Notes: generated from the letters alone by a model not told the origin. A DNA stretch of 63,985 nt, filler included, from Collodictyon triciliatum (GCA_043381765.1; 4 parts of 4 records of this genome joined end to end with filler, not necessarily neighbours in it), one strand, 5' to 3'. Shown: positions 15,420-28,366, counted from the whole stretch's first letter. Program-made: numbers and translations.

Positions 15420-18400
15420 TCAAAAAATCGACCGGCGCGAGCTCTGGGTGAGGCTTTCGTTGGGCGCGGCTATATGAGTCGGGAGGCAGATCTGCTTGCC
15501 TGCAACAAGTTCGTCGAGACCCTCGCCAGCGTACGAGACCAGCGGCGATACTTCACACATCCCAGCGGCCTCTTAATGAGGGTAATGGTTGTCAGATATG
15601 ACTGACGAACCACACATCACACATCACACATCACACATCACACATCACACATCACACCACATCAAATCAGGTCAAGATATCAGAGGGCAAACCATCCTCA
15701 ATCACAGCGCCTGCGCTGCGTAAGTAGGACATGTGCAGACGACACAAGGCTGCTCGTGCGGTGTCGGGGGAGTCCTTATTTTCGCCCCACGTTCGCTTCA
15801 CCGGCGCAAATTCCTCTTCTCGCTGGACCTGTGCGGTGTTTGAAATACTGTGATGGAATGGTGATACGACGGAGTGGCGGGTAAGTTGGGCGCACCATCA
15901 AGAGAGCAACTTTCTTCGCTAGTGCCGTGCAGTCAAGCGCAAACTTTACGAACCGATAGCCGTTGGGCTTCTGAGGAACGACTCGTTCGCCTTTCTCATT
16001 GCAGTACGGAATGATGCGCTTGGCGTAGTGATATCTGCCGTGATGCAGGATGTGTGTCGAGTGATGCGAAACGGGAGATGGGTGATGGGGCATGGGAAAT
16101 ATACGCAAGAGATTACTTTGGTTTGAAGTTTCGGACGACTTGGCTGAGAAAATGCTTTGTGTAGAACAAATTCAATATGTTTGCGGCATTGAAAGAAAGC
16201 TCTCCGTTTTCATCATGTTCAGCACAGGACTGTGTCATTGTAGCAGTAAGTTAGAATCATGGCCTTGGAGCTTGGGACATAGAGGGGGTGATGCATATAA
16301 TAATAGTAATAGTAATAATAATAATAATAAACAGAGAAGGAAAAAATATGTGACGATGTCTAGGCTACAACAGAGACGGTTCGCCATCGGTATTTTGTGC
16401 GACTGCACGAGTGCTATGCTTACTTTTGGGAGTTCGGTGTGTTCGACGTAGTCTATCTTGCCAGACCTTTTGCAGACGACACCGGCCGGCTCCATAGGGT
16501 CTGCCTGTTATTTGATGGAGTGGGCACGAAAAGTCAATCAACTCTAGTCAACCCCAGATTGAGAGAGGACCACAAAAGCCGCCGAAAGAAAAGACCAGAG
16601 AGTAATGAATTGTCAGCCATAGGCATCTATATACCTTATTTACCACTTTGTATCCAAAGTCTGCACGTGTGTCGATGCAGTATCCGATATAGAGAGGGTC
16701 TGCGACACGAACGAGAGCGTTGTCCACGGCATATACGAATATGTATTCGATGCCCTTCTGCTCCATCTTTTCGAGTACCTGAGCATCTTGCATAGCGGTG
16801 TAAAGACCACCGTGTCCGTCAGGAGCGCTGGCGACCTTCGTTAGCAATAAGGGCGTACTTGTTAAGTAATGCGCCATCTCCATTATTTTTTTTTTTTATG
16901 TTCTTGCCACTGACGTAGATAGAGTAGATGATTTACAAAGTGGTATTCTGTATAGAATAAAGGAAAAGAAAAAAGGAGAGCAGAGAAGAGCAGAGAAAAG
17001 AAGAGAAGAGAGAAGAGAGAAGAGAGAAGAGAGAAGAGAGAAGAGAGAAGAGAGAAGAGAGAAGAGAGAAGAGAGAAGAGAGAAGAGAGAAGAGAGAAGA
17101 ANNNNNNNNNNNNNNNNNNNNNNNNNNNNNNNNNNNNNNNNNNNNNNNNNNNNNNNNNNNNNNNNNNNNNNNNNNNNNNNNNNNNNNNNNNNNNNNNNNN
17201 NAGAAGAGAGAAGAGAGAAGAGAGAAGAGAGAAGAGAGAAGAGAGAGAAAGAGAAAGAGAAAGAGAAAGAGAAAGAGAAAGAGAAAGAGAAAGAGAAAGA
17301 GAAAGAGAAAGAGAAAGAGAAAGAGAAAGAGAAAGAGAAGAAACAAGTTTTTAAGGATGAAGGATTTAGATGCAAAGTACCTTGCAAGGCGTTTCCAGAA
17401 TGATTTTACCTTCAAAGTTCACACAAGGGAGATTTCTTTGTGCAAAGACTTCGAAACTGCGAGGAGGCAAGCCAAAGAATTCATTATTTTCGAGAAGATC
17501 CGTTACTGATAAAACCATGTCATGGCTGGTCATGATAAAGACCGGGATGCTAACTTCCTGAGCTGATAATGACAAACACAATCATATTCAGATCTTGAAA
17601 AAGGATGAACAAGTGAACACAATTTTAGTCTTGTATTGTCACGAGATGTGCTGTTAAGGGTTATGATTTTCTTCCCGAAGAATTATATAGATGCAAAATA
17701 ATAAAATAATAATAATAGTGTGGAATGAAAACGGGGTGATATGATATTGACCGGATTTTAGTTTGGTAGAGCTAGCTAATACCTGCAGGATTTGCCTTTC
17801 GACATAGTTCTGTTAATTTTGATATCCTTTCAAATTGTAGTTGGAAAAGTGTCTTATGTGATGGTAGTCCGATATCTGAATAAAATTTTTTTAAGTTGAT
17901 TTAGTTGAACATTGCAGAGCCATGACAAATTAAATAAATAAATAAATAGGTAAATAAATAAGTAAATAAACGGAATGGTTCGAGGGTATCACTACCGAGC
18001 ATTCCAATTGACATAGCTGCGCCCATTCTCCAGTACTAAGTGTGCAGTGACACACATACATCAAATATGTTATTGATGTAATTTCATTACTATTTCTTCA
18101 AATATATATATACAAAAATGCATTTTTTTGGGGGGTTGGGTTAATGGAGCAAATTACTAGGGGTATTATTAATTTATTATATCAAAGATAAACTGAATGA
18201 AAAGTAAGAAGGAGAGAAGGAAAGAGTCTCACTTGTCCTCCTGCAAATGCGACTACACCAACTTTCCCCGAGGTAAGGGCATCTAGACCTATCTTTGTCC
18301 ATCTTTCCCTTTGTTCTGCAGATAGTCCTTTGATGTGAGGAATGTCTTTAATTGGTTCCAAATCTTGAGGCTGGATCTCTCTCCCTTGTCCTAAAAGTGA

Positions 18401-19606
18401 GTTCGTTAGATCTTTATTTGTTTACTCCAGTAACTCTAGACATAAACAGGTGAATTATGCTTTAAAAACAACAACAACCAGCATTTATCCCTCTTTATTC
18501 GAATCAACACACTGGTATAAAAAATAAACAAACAAAAAACAAACAAAAAACAAACAAAAAACAAACAAAAAACAAACAAAAAACAAACAAAAANNNNNNN
18601 NNNNNNNNNNNNNNNNNNNNNNNNNNNNNNNNNNNNNNNNNNNNNNNNNNNNNNNNNNNNNNNNNNNNNNNNNNNNNNNNNNNNNNNNNNNNNAGAAAGA
18701 AAAAAGAAAGAAAAAAGAAAGAAAAAAGAAAGAAAAAAGAAAGAAAAAAGAAAGAAAAAAGAAAGAAAAAAGAAAGAAAAAAGAAAGAAAAAAAGAAAGA
18801 AAAAAAGAAAGAAAAAAGAAAGAAAGCAAGGAGGGGGCAGCAAGAGACAGAGGCACCTCGAGATCCTTCTCCAGACTCTCCTTCTCCTTTGTGGAGAGGC
18901 GGTCGAGGAAGCGAAAGACATGCTGCTGGTTGTGGATGGCAAACTTGGGATACTGCGCGCCAAGGACCTGCCTGCCAAGGGCGCCGCCCGGATGGAACTT
19001 GCCAAACTGCATGCGCGTGAAGCACTTGCGGACGGAGAGGGCGATGGCGAGGGCGTCGCCGAGGGCGAGGGTGGCGGTGGACGTGTTTGTGGGGGCGAGG
19101 TTGTGGGGGTCGGCCTCGTGCATGGCGCCGATGAGGAGGGCGACGTCGCTGGCGCGGGCGAGGGGCGAGTCGGGCAGCGCCGTGATGCAGCAGATGCGCG
19201 CGCCGATCAGCCGCAGCGGCCCGATGACGGCCAGCAGCTCGTCCGTGCGCCCGCTGTAGCTGATCGCAAGCACCACGTCGCGGCCCGTCAGCATGCCCAG
19301 GTCCCCGTGCGCAGCCTCCGTGGCGTGCGTGAAGAACGCCGGCGTCCCCGTCGAGGCCAGCGTCGCGGCAATCTTGCGTCCGACGTGCCCGCTCTTGCCG
19401 ATCCCCATCACAACCACGTGGCCCTGCCCGGCCCCCGCAGACGCAAGCAGCTCCACCGCCGCCTCGAAGCGCTCGTCCAGCCCCTCGCTCAGCCGCTCCA
19501 GCGTCGCTGCCTCCGACCGCAGCACCGCACGCCCAACCTCCACCGCGCTCAGCCCGCTGTACGGGCCCGGCTTCTCCCGGTCCTTCTCCTTCTCGTCCAG
19601 GCTCAT
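15420..19606 (-). CDS. Fusion protein: KpsF/GutQ/KdsD-type SIS sugar-phosphate isomerase (no CBS pair) + UDP-N-acetylhexosamine pyrophosphorylase (UAP1)-like domain
   Basis: Exon 1 (19606-18857) has [50 protein letters not shown] and runs straight into [19 protein letters not shown] (UAP N-terminus). Later exons: [75 protein letters not shown]; stop TGA at 15422-15420. Confidence 0.88.
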
Positions 19607-19925
19607 CCTCGTGCTGCAGGCGGCTGCTTCTCTGTCTGACTTGGTCCTTCTCTTTTTATTTTTTTATTTTTATTTTGTGTGTTTCGATAAGTTTTTTTTT
19701 TTTTGATTTATAATGAATCAGGGGGCGCGTGTGGTGTGTGTACGTGCCAGATGATTATGATTATTGCTATTTTCATTCTTGTGTGTCTATTTTCTCTGAT
19801 TCATTTTTTTTTTCTTGGTGAAGTTTTGTTTGTGGATTCCGTTCATCCGAATGGTTGTTTATATATATACTCACACACATGCACACACAAATGAAAGGAA
19901 AAAAAAAAAGGAAAAAAAAAAAGAG

Positions 19926-19977
<52 letters not shown>

Positions 19978-20031
19978 AAAAAAAAAAAGGAAAAAAAAAA
20001 AGGAAATAGGAACTATCTGTTCGACGGTTAC

Positions 20032-20131
20032 NNNNNNNNNNNNNNNNNNNNNNNNNNNNNNNNNNNNNNNNNNNNTTAATTAATTAANNNNNNNNNNNNN
20101 NNNNNNNNNNNNNNNNNNNNNNNNNNNNNNN
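20032..20131. other. Artificial scaffold-joining spacer (N-TTAATTAATTAA-N)
   Basis: 12-mer with stops in all six frames between N runs; the same spacer recurs twice more. Confidence 0.95.
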
Positions 20132-21493
20132 TTCCACTGTCTCGTCCACAGCTCATTTCTTGTCCTAGAGGCGAAGGCGGTTTCCTCGGCTTTGTTTTCT
20201 CTCAATAAACTGTTGAAAAGAAACCAAAAAAAAATAAATTAATCGCATATTCCAATTTGCAATTATGAAGCCATATATTTGGTTTTCTCTAACATCAAGT
20301 CTTTTCAAAACTCGGCCTTCTTTTCTGTTCCTTTAGATTAACAATTTGCTTCATAAAAATCAGTCTCAAACACAGATTTTTTGTTTTCATAATTACTGCT
20401 TTGAATATGCTCCTTTTAGCACGAAAAATATTCACTTTTGCAGTACTTTATCATTTCTGAAGAAAATTATTCATTTCATCCAAACAAAGGACACATGCCG
20501 TCGTAGAATCTCAGCAAAAAACTGAAATTCAATTTCGGTTCTCATTGAGAGTAACTCATCTCTTGTGTACTGACAACCGTTTTTATTACTTAATTTGAAA
20601 CTTCTGTATCAATTATTGAAGTAAATGAAATATATCCTTTATAAGAACCAGTGCAGAGTGCCGATTTAACCATCAAAATAGTGACAAAAGATGAAAATAG
20701 CATATTTCAATTCTTGTGTTTATATGAATTATATAAAAAGCGTGTGGGCGACATGAATTTTGATAAATATTATAATAATTAGATACATGCTGCTGAATGA
20801 AACGAACCCCTTTTACTCAAAAAATTAACTCATATATCCCATCTACAATTTTATTGGATTTTTACATTACTTTTCCATCACTGTTATAATGTGGATATAA
20901 AATCCAATTATTTCATTTTACTGATATTTCTAACCGGATAGCATAAAAATCTACAGATTTCTCTTCTAGAGATCTCAATTGCCCATTTAAAGGTGATCAC
21001 ATCAGAATTTAATTTGCATATTTAATTTTTATATCAGAATTCTAACCATTTTTTGTATCAAATATAATATCTGTAGTTCCTACGAAAAGATCAAGCTTTT
21101 GCATCTTTTTTATGAACATGAATCACATTAAAATGGCATATGGTCATTAATTGATCTCTTTATATTTAATTTTCATGAAATGATTATATTTTTATTTTGA
21201 ATCACTTTCATTACATAGTGATTTCCTTTTCTGAAAACAATTAATTTTAATCATTATGATCCATTTATGCGTAAAAAAATTGCAACTTAAAATATCTACA
21301 TAAATCGAGCAATCAAAAGGAATTTCTTACGTTATGCCCATTCTTAATTTGTGTTATTCGAATTATTTACCAATTTTAAATTACGATGTTCTTTCAAATA
21401 TTGAAACAAATACTAATTTGGTTGGTTAACAGGGTAAGGTCACATAGTTTGACTACTGTGCTTATTAAAGTTTCAAAGTATAGTCCACGCCTG

Positions 21494-22414
21494 ATGGAAA
21501 AACGAGCCGAGACGGGGAGATAGGCGCAAGCCGCGACCCGTCGAATACTTTCAAGTTGCAGCCAGCTCTTCTGGTTCCAGCGTTGGTGCGGAAACCCCCG
21601 AGTTGTATGTAAGTCTAGGAAAAACCGTGCAAGGAAGCCGCCTGCAAGTCTGTCTGAGCGGACAGTATTTTTGCACGGGGTTGAGCAAGTCGTTTACAAC
21701 AAAACAACCCACAATCTCACAGATGCGCTCGCCTCCTTCTTGAAAGCGAACAAACTTTGGGAAGAGTCCATCCAACTGCGCTTACCGGACAGCGAAGGCC
21801 TTAGCCTGATCGCCTTCCGCACTGCAGAAAACGCCAGAAAGCTTCTCGAACTGAAGCAGGTAAGTTTGATCGATATTACGAACAGCTTCAGCAGAAGTAA
21901 ACCAACAGAGACCTCGGAGATGCTCAACCAACTACCGCTGGACGTGTGGCCGCAACTCCTTCGCGAGGAGCTGAAGCCGTTCAGACCGACCCACGTGGAG
22001 ATAAAAAAGGACAAAGGCTTCTTCACAGACACGGCCGTGGTGAAGCTTCTTTGCCATAAGAACCAGCTCCCTGCAAAGTTTACAGTCATGGACAAAAGGT
22101 GTCCAAAGCGCATCCTCAAAGAGCGTTCGCCAGCCACTAGTAACAAACGACAAGTAAAAGCTCCGCAAAAGAATACACCCGCCAAGCAGACAAGCAGCAA
22201 CGGAGTCAAGGAAGCCAAGGCCAGGCAACAACAGAGTCCGCAAGACTCACAGCAGATACGCGCATACAGCGACAGCGACGATGACATGGAAGGAAATCTC
22301 GGTTCCTCTTCAGAATCCTCGCACTCGAGCCCTCCACCGCCAACGCTGGGCAAGCACGCACATCGCAAGACCCAAGAGCAGCGCATCTCCAAACCCCGAG
22401 AGAAATCCTTTTGA
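21494..22414 (+). mobile_element. Probable truncated non-LTR retrotransposon ORF1 (gag-like) relic
   Basis: Intronless, GC-richer island in AT-rich DNA. RRM-like segments (RTVFLHGV...LIAFRTAENARKLL; LNQLPLDVWPQLLREELKPF...GFFTDTAVVKL...LPAKFTV) and a low-complexity tail. The in-frame ATG at 21494 is cut off by TAG at 21521. No ORF2 is visible. Confidence 0.45.
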
Positions 22415-23171
22415 ATTGACAAAATAGAATAATAATTGTGTGATAGGCGATTGAATAGACGCGCTGAAATGGATATTCGAAGTTAGAGCGCTGTGTTGGT
22501 TTGATTGACTAGACAAGTTTATCCACTCTTCTTTCAGTCTCAAACATTTTGGATTAAATTTTTATTTTCAGGACCTGGTTGCTGTAGATTTTTTTCAAAT
22601 TCTACTTCTTTCGTTTTCTTTTTGTTACAAATTAACTATTCTCGCATTATTTTTTCGTCAATTGGGAATTGTCAATCATGTTTAAATAAATACATATTAT
22701 TACCAAATACTAATAGTCCTAAGCATTTACACACGCGATGATGAATCTCCCTCTTTAACCCCAATTATAGCGGTCCAACCAACAAAAAATTCTAGCTCGG
22801 GTTTGTCACAACTTAAAAGCGAGCAGAAAAGCAGTATTATGCCAAAATGTCATTCAAAACCAAACGGCGATATGGCAAGGAATACCCCAGCTTGATATCT
22901 CCAAGACCCAGCAACTGAGTTGGTTAGCTGCAAACCTGCGTACTTACCCATGTCAAAAAGGAGCGATGAAATGAAAAAAGGAGAGCGTGTTTACGTTTCA
23001 TCGGGATTTCCATAAATGATTTCCGTTCCATTCATCCAAGAGATATACAGTGTTTTTTATGGTTAAAGATGGATAATGTCAGGAAAAGAAGAGATTTGAA
23101 ACGAATCTACTATATCAGAGACTGTCGTTTATTACCAGAGGATTTCCAAGTGGTAGCAAATAACTTTAATC

Positions 23172-26100
23172 TCATGCATCGTGATATGACGTCACGATAT
23201 CTGGTAGATGTCGTGCACTCGCGGATATTGCCCTTGGGTGCAGACTCCGGCTCGACTTGAAGATACCTTCATCACCCTCGTTGTTCTTTGGATCTGCATG
23301 TGAAAAGAGCTCTCGCCTGTCCCAGTAAATATATATGAAAACAGTGACCCAACCCATGAGGAGAACGATGTACATCGGTATGATAGGAATTCCGTTATGA
23401 ACCATAAGCGAACACAGGGATGAGAAGCTGGTAATTCCCAAAATGATGGTATGCCACTTGTTGATGGAGCTAACTAGACATGGCTTCATCCTGTGGTTAA
23501 TATAAGCCATTGCTGTGTAAATTACGGTGCATAACGTAAGCATGATATTCGGATACTCTGTGAAATATGCAGCGGAGCCAGCCATTACAAGATTTGCTTG
23601 TGCAAAAATCACGACAAACGTTGGGTCAAATTTTATATCCAGAGCTTGGTCTTGAAACTATTAAGAAAATAAAATAAAATAAAATAAAAAGGTGTGATAA
23701 TATAGATGAGACAAATCCACCTCAAAGCAGCTCATATGAATAAGAGAATGAAGGATAAATACCTGAAGGTTTGGGTACAAAAATGTTGAGACAGGGTAAT
23801 AAAAAAGGATGCCCAAAGACCCTATAACGACATATGGAACATGCTCTTTTGTCCAGCATTCAATCAAAGAGTTTCTAAAATTGATAAGAATTTTACAGCA
23901 AAGATAAATACAGAAGAAGAAAAAAATGAAAAGTCGAGTGAAGCGAAAAAAAGATGAAAGAATAAAAAGTAAAAAATGATGATAATACAGAGAAGAAAAA
24001 AAGGAGGAGATTAGTAATGTAATACCAGACATACCCGTCGAGAATGAGAGTTTTATTTAAATCGCCATTTTCCAAGGTATGAGTCACAACAGTGCATGAT
24101 GTGGTAGATATCAGCGTTTTCATGATGACCGTGTAAAGTGTTGATCCCAGCATGTTCAAGCATTTAAGGTACACGAAGGCCATGCTAAATACAGAGGGCA
24201 ACTTTCCATCTTTTGTTTTTCCCAGAGTACCTTCTTGTGCCTGTCTGATACCTGGAAAGGAGAACGGAGGAAACAATATGGCCAATACAAAGGCTACAGC
24301 AACAGCGACAAGGAAGCCGGAGCTTTCTGAGGGAGTCCCATTTTCTGAATTTCCTGATGAGGTGCTTGGATCAGACTGAAACACATTTATCAAGAAAAAG
24401 TTGTATATTTTGGATATCCCCTTCTCGAACCCCCAAAGAGGTGGCTTTGAAATATATAGGGCGACGCTCATTAAGGAGAAAAACTCAATAACCAAGAGTC
24501 CGACAGCAAACAAATTTGATGGATTGGATATATTGAGCTTAATATCAACATGGTCAAAACGGTTAATATTTCTTCTTAGACTCTCTATAATCGTGGCCGA
24601 AACAATGTACCATGATTCTGGGAGCCCTTCCATTGCTTGTATTTCTCCAGGATGGACAGTTTCTGGGGGTTTCGGAATGGGAATCGGTTTCCACATCTTT
24701 ATCATGCCATCCAAAAACTCAGAACAGCAATCTGCTTGAAAATAAACAAGATTCTTCAAATTTGCCTTCCTTCGCAGCCTGATACCGACACGCTTGACCA
24801 AATTGCAAACAGATAAGCTCAAACGAGGCCTGGAAGCGTCCCACCTTGGACCGATGATTTTCGGTATGTGATGAAGGACGTGGTCTTTGAGGAATTTTTC
24901 GTAAGCGTCCTCTGAATCTTCATATGGATATATGGTCTCGGATATAATTTGAAGAACTTCTATGAAATATGGAAATGTGAGCTCGCTTCTAGTACTATTT
25001 GTAAATAATGCTGAACTTTGGGAGTAGACTTGGTTTGGTTGCTCTGGTTGATTTGCCAAACTTCTCATTTTGACATAAGTGGCCTGTTGGCTGAAAATAA
25101 ATTCCAATGTGTCCGACGGTAAAAAATCCAATAATTTGCAGTCTCTGCAGAAGGCCCAGTATTCATCCCGACTAAGGCGAGCATTTGCAAATAAAAAGCG
25201 AAACTTGATATCGTCTAATCCCAGCGCTCTGTCCAACGTCGCATAGTCTAAAAAAAAATTAATGTTTCCAAAAAAAAATTGATGATGACGATAGTTGGTC
25301 GAATAAGGGAGAAATTATATAGATACTCGTATTATGAAATATACATAGCAAGGCTTTTCAAAATACTCACACTTATAAATTTCTTCTAGAGCTGCCTTGT
25401 TGTTCTTTTCTCGGATGTTTCGAAGTTCAGAGCTCTTTACCAGAACCCAAACACCCTCCATATTCTTTTTTAAGACTTTGAATGCCGATTTCCATCTCAA
25501 TTGTGCAACAGAATTGACCTGGCCGGCTATGTGGTGCGTAACGTTGATGATTTCATTTCGTGTGCTGTCATCCAAAGACTTTAATTTCTCTTCATCATTT
25601 GAACAACAGAAATCGACCAAACCTACATCGTATCCCGTCTTTTCAACCTCAATATCATCTTCTGATTCTGTCTTTTGGTTTGCTGCATGCGTATCTGCAG
25701 TATCCAGCACATGGTTTCGAAATACCAGCCTCAAGAAAGTGTCCGCATTCATCGTAGAAATATCTTGCTCACTATCGAGCCATTCTTCCGTTTCGATCTC
25801 TCCAGATTTCATGTACCGATTGTATATCATAATGAGAGGGTCTTCGTCACTCCTAACGTTGATTTTCATTAAATCTCTCTGAAGTGCGTAAATAGCTGCC
25901 CTACATTTCCTTTCAGCCTCAATGTGCTTGAACTTGATATTGAGTGCAATACTGAATACGGATACACCAAATATGCACACAGCACTGATTATACCAATGA
26001 CCAGCCCAGATATTAAAACAACACTAACTTGAATCCAAGTAATTCCTAGAATGATTGGCAACAAAACTCCAAAAGGAATGAATAAAAACCAACAGCAAAA

Positions 26101-28366
26101 GGCAAAGCTGGATGGAAATACGTACTCGTCTCTAAATATCGCGTGCAATGACCAGAGCAAGAACCAAAATACGCATGCTAACGGACCACCGATGGTGAAA
26201 GTGAGAAGAATGTAGTGAATGTCCTCGAGTCCGTCCATATCAACATATAATAGAACTGGTAGAAATATGCAAAGAGGTATTAAAACTAGTATTAGACTGG
26301 ATACAATGAATTTCTGGTATCCTCTAGCATTTGCAAGGGCAGTTCCCAGCAAGACGAATGCAGGAGCAGCGCAAAATAGGGATAAGATCACAGCAGCGCT
26401 TCCGTCCTTCAATGGTATCACAAACTAAGATAAATGGTTAATCTGATGAATTAAACTGAAGCATACACACTTGAACAAATAATCGATATAAAAAGACAGG
26501 TCAGAAGAAAATTTTAAAAAAAATGGTCTTCCATTACTCTGGGCCAACAATAGCAATAAAAACAAACAAACAAACAAACAAACAAACAAACAAACAAACA
26601 AACAAACAAACAAACAAACAAACAAACAAACAAACAAACAAACAAACAAACAAACAAACAAACNNNNNNNNNNNNNNNNNNNNNNNNNNNNNNNNNNNNN
26701 NNNNNNNNNNNNNNNNNNNNNNNNNNNNNNNNNNNNNNNNNNNNNNNNNNNNNNNNNNNNNNNAAACAAACAAACAAACAAACAAACAAACAAACAAACA
26801 AACAAACAAACAAACAAACAAACAAACAAACAAACAAACAAACAAACAAACAAACAAACAAACAAACAAACAAACAAACAAAATAAAGAAAGATATAAAC
26901 AAGGAAATACTCACAAACACAAGAGTGTAACAAACTGTAGAAGAAAACAATCCCAATCTGGTGATCCACGTGCTCCAGTAATTTGTATCTGAGGGGGAGA
27001 ACAATGCCTGCTGATTTTGGGCCATTTGAAACAAGCGAAATAAAAACATGAAAAACCTGAAAGCCATGTAAGCTAACATAGCGACGGGTAAAAGTAGTGA
27101 GGTGGCAATAGCAAAAGGCTCTATGTCTTGTATGCCCTTGCTCAATATTAACAAAGGACACAAGTAACCCACAGGGAACAAAAGGCAAGTAATGAGAACG
27201 GCACTTGCATACAATAATTGGGGCATGGTCAATTTCTTCTGTCTTAAAATCGAGACGATAGACCATGCAAAGGCGTGCAGAATACATGAAAATAGAGCAA
27301 CATTTGGGATAAAGACAAAATCTGTGTCGATCCATACATTTCTGAGATGTAAGCATACAACAAGAGGCATCTGGATGCCCAGTAATGCAGATAAGGTTAG
27401 CTTTTGCTCAACCCTTATTCTGGATGCTGCAAGAACAGAGCCAACTAGACTGAATAGAGGAAATATGGCTGTGAGGACGGATATAGACACAACTAGCCCA
27501 GTAGAGTGAGTTGAATCTGAGATTACTATGAGGTATCCTAGAGTTGTTGCGATAGTAAATACAATCCATATTGTTAAGGCAGCTGCGCGACAAGGTTTGA
27601 CATACTGAGGCCAATGTTGGGGATGAATTTTCTTTGTGAATGAAACGATGTATATGTAACTTCCAAAAACAGAGAAGCAAACTAGAAAGGGAATGGCGAC
27701 AAAAAGGCCAGCTGCAGTCGGGTTTTCCAGGGATATCGGTCGAATAAAGTCAACACCAGAACCGGCATACATCATCCAGTATGAGATGATTATCCCAACT
27801 GGCACAACCGTACCAAAGCAACAGGCGATGGTGATGAATGGAATATAAGGCACGCCAAAGAACGAGGCTGCTTTCTGACCCAGCGGGGACGTACGTGCGA
27901 ATAATATAAAGGTCCAAAACATAAACGAGGCCACAAGGAGGAAAGAAAGGGTGATCAAAAAAGCCCATATCTTGCTAGAGAAGAGCTCGTGCAGCCGAGA
28001 CTGTGACGAAAAGACTGTCAGCAGAAAGATCAGGGGAATCACCAGCGTTGGAATGGATATGAGGAAGATTTTCCTGCGGGCGACAGACTTTGATAGGAAG
28101 ACAATCTGCACCCCGACAATCAAAAAGATGGGTACAAACGAACCCACCGTCAGCACGGGCACAAAGAAGGGCGATGCTGACAAGTCAGCGTATGGTGTGA
28201 GCGTCAGTGCGACGCATATTGCCGAGAGCGTGATCAAAGCCCCAACAGTTAAGGCGATGATGAGAATGACATCCCAACGGTATAGGATGCCTCGAAAAGA
28301 GGGTAATGTTGTAGCGAAGCGAGTGAGGCGGTGGATGGCTGACTTTCGATCGGCTGGGGGTTGCAT
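23172..28366 (-). CDS. Large (about 1400 aa) polytopic membrane protein of unknown function with a central soluble region containing a TPPP/p25alpha-like segment
   Basis: Long ORFs 26534-28369, 25315-26421, 23893-25236 and 23172-23612 plus a small exon about 23764-23876 are separated by intron-like gaps. Many hydrophobic helices. Soluble motif LSRDEYWAFCRDCKLLD...LEFIFSQ...ELTFPYFIEVLQIISETIYP. C-terminal TM block CWTKEHVPY...LYPNLQFQDQALDIKFDP. Confidence 0.75.
26562..26880. repeat. (AAAC)n intronic microsatellite with a 100-N gap
   Basis: Direct reading. Confidence 0.95.

Noticed and set aside
13519-19606. Functional cluster of a Ser-rich secreted protein and a sugar-nucleotide enzyme
   Set aside because: Tail-to-tail adjacency in a compact genome is the only evidence.
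18891-19706. Long + strand ORFs overlapping the SIS exon
   Set aside because: Antisense shadows expected in high-GC coding DNA.
20076-20087. TTAATTAATTAA palindrome as a biological motif
   Set aside because: It is flanked by Ns and repeated identically three times, so it is an assembly spacer.
20260-20830. Possible + strand exon fragments at the scaffold start
   Set aside because: Short, no recognisable homology, frame uncertain.
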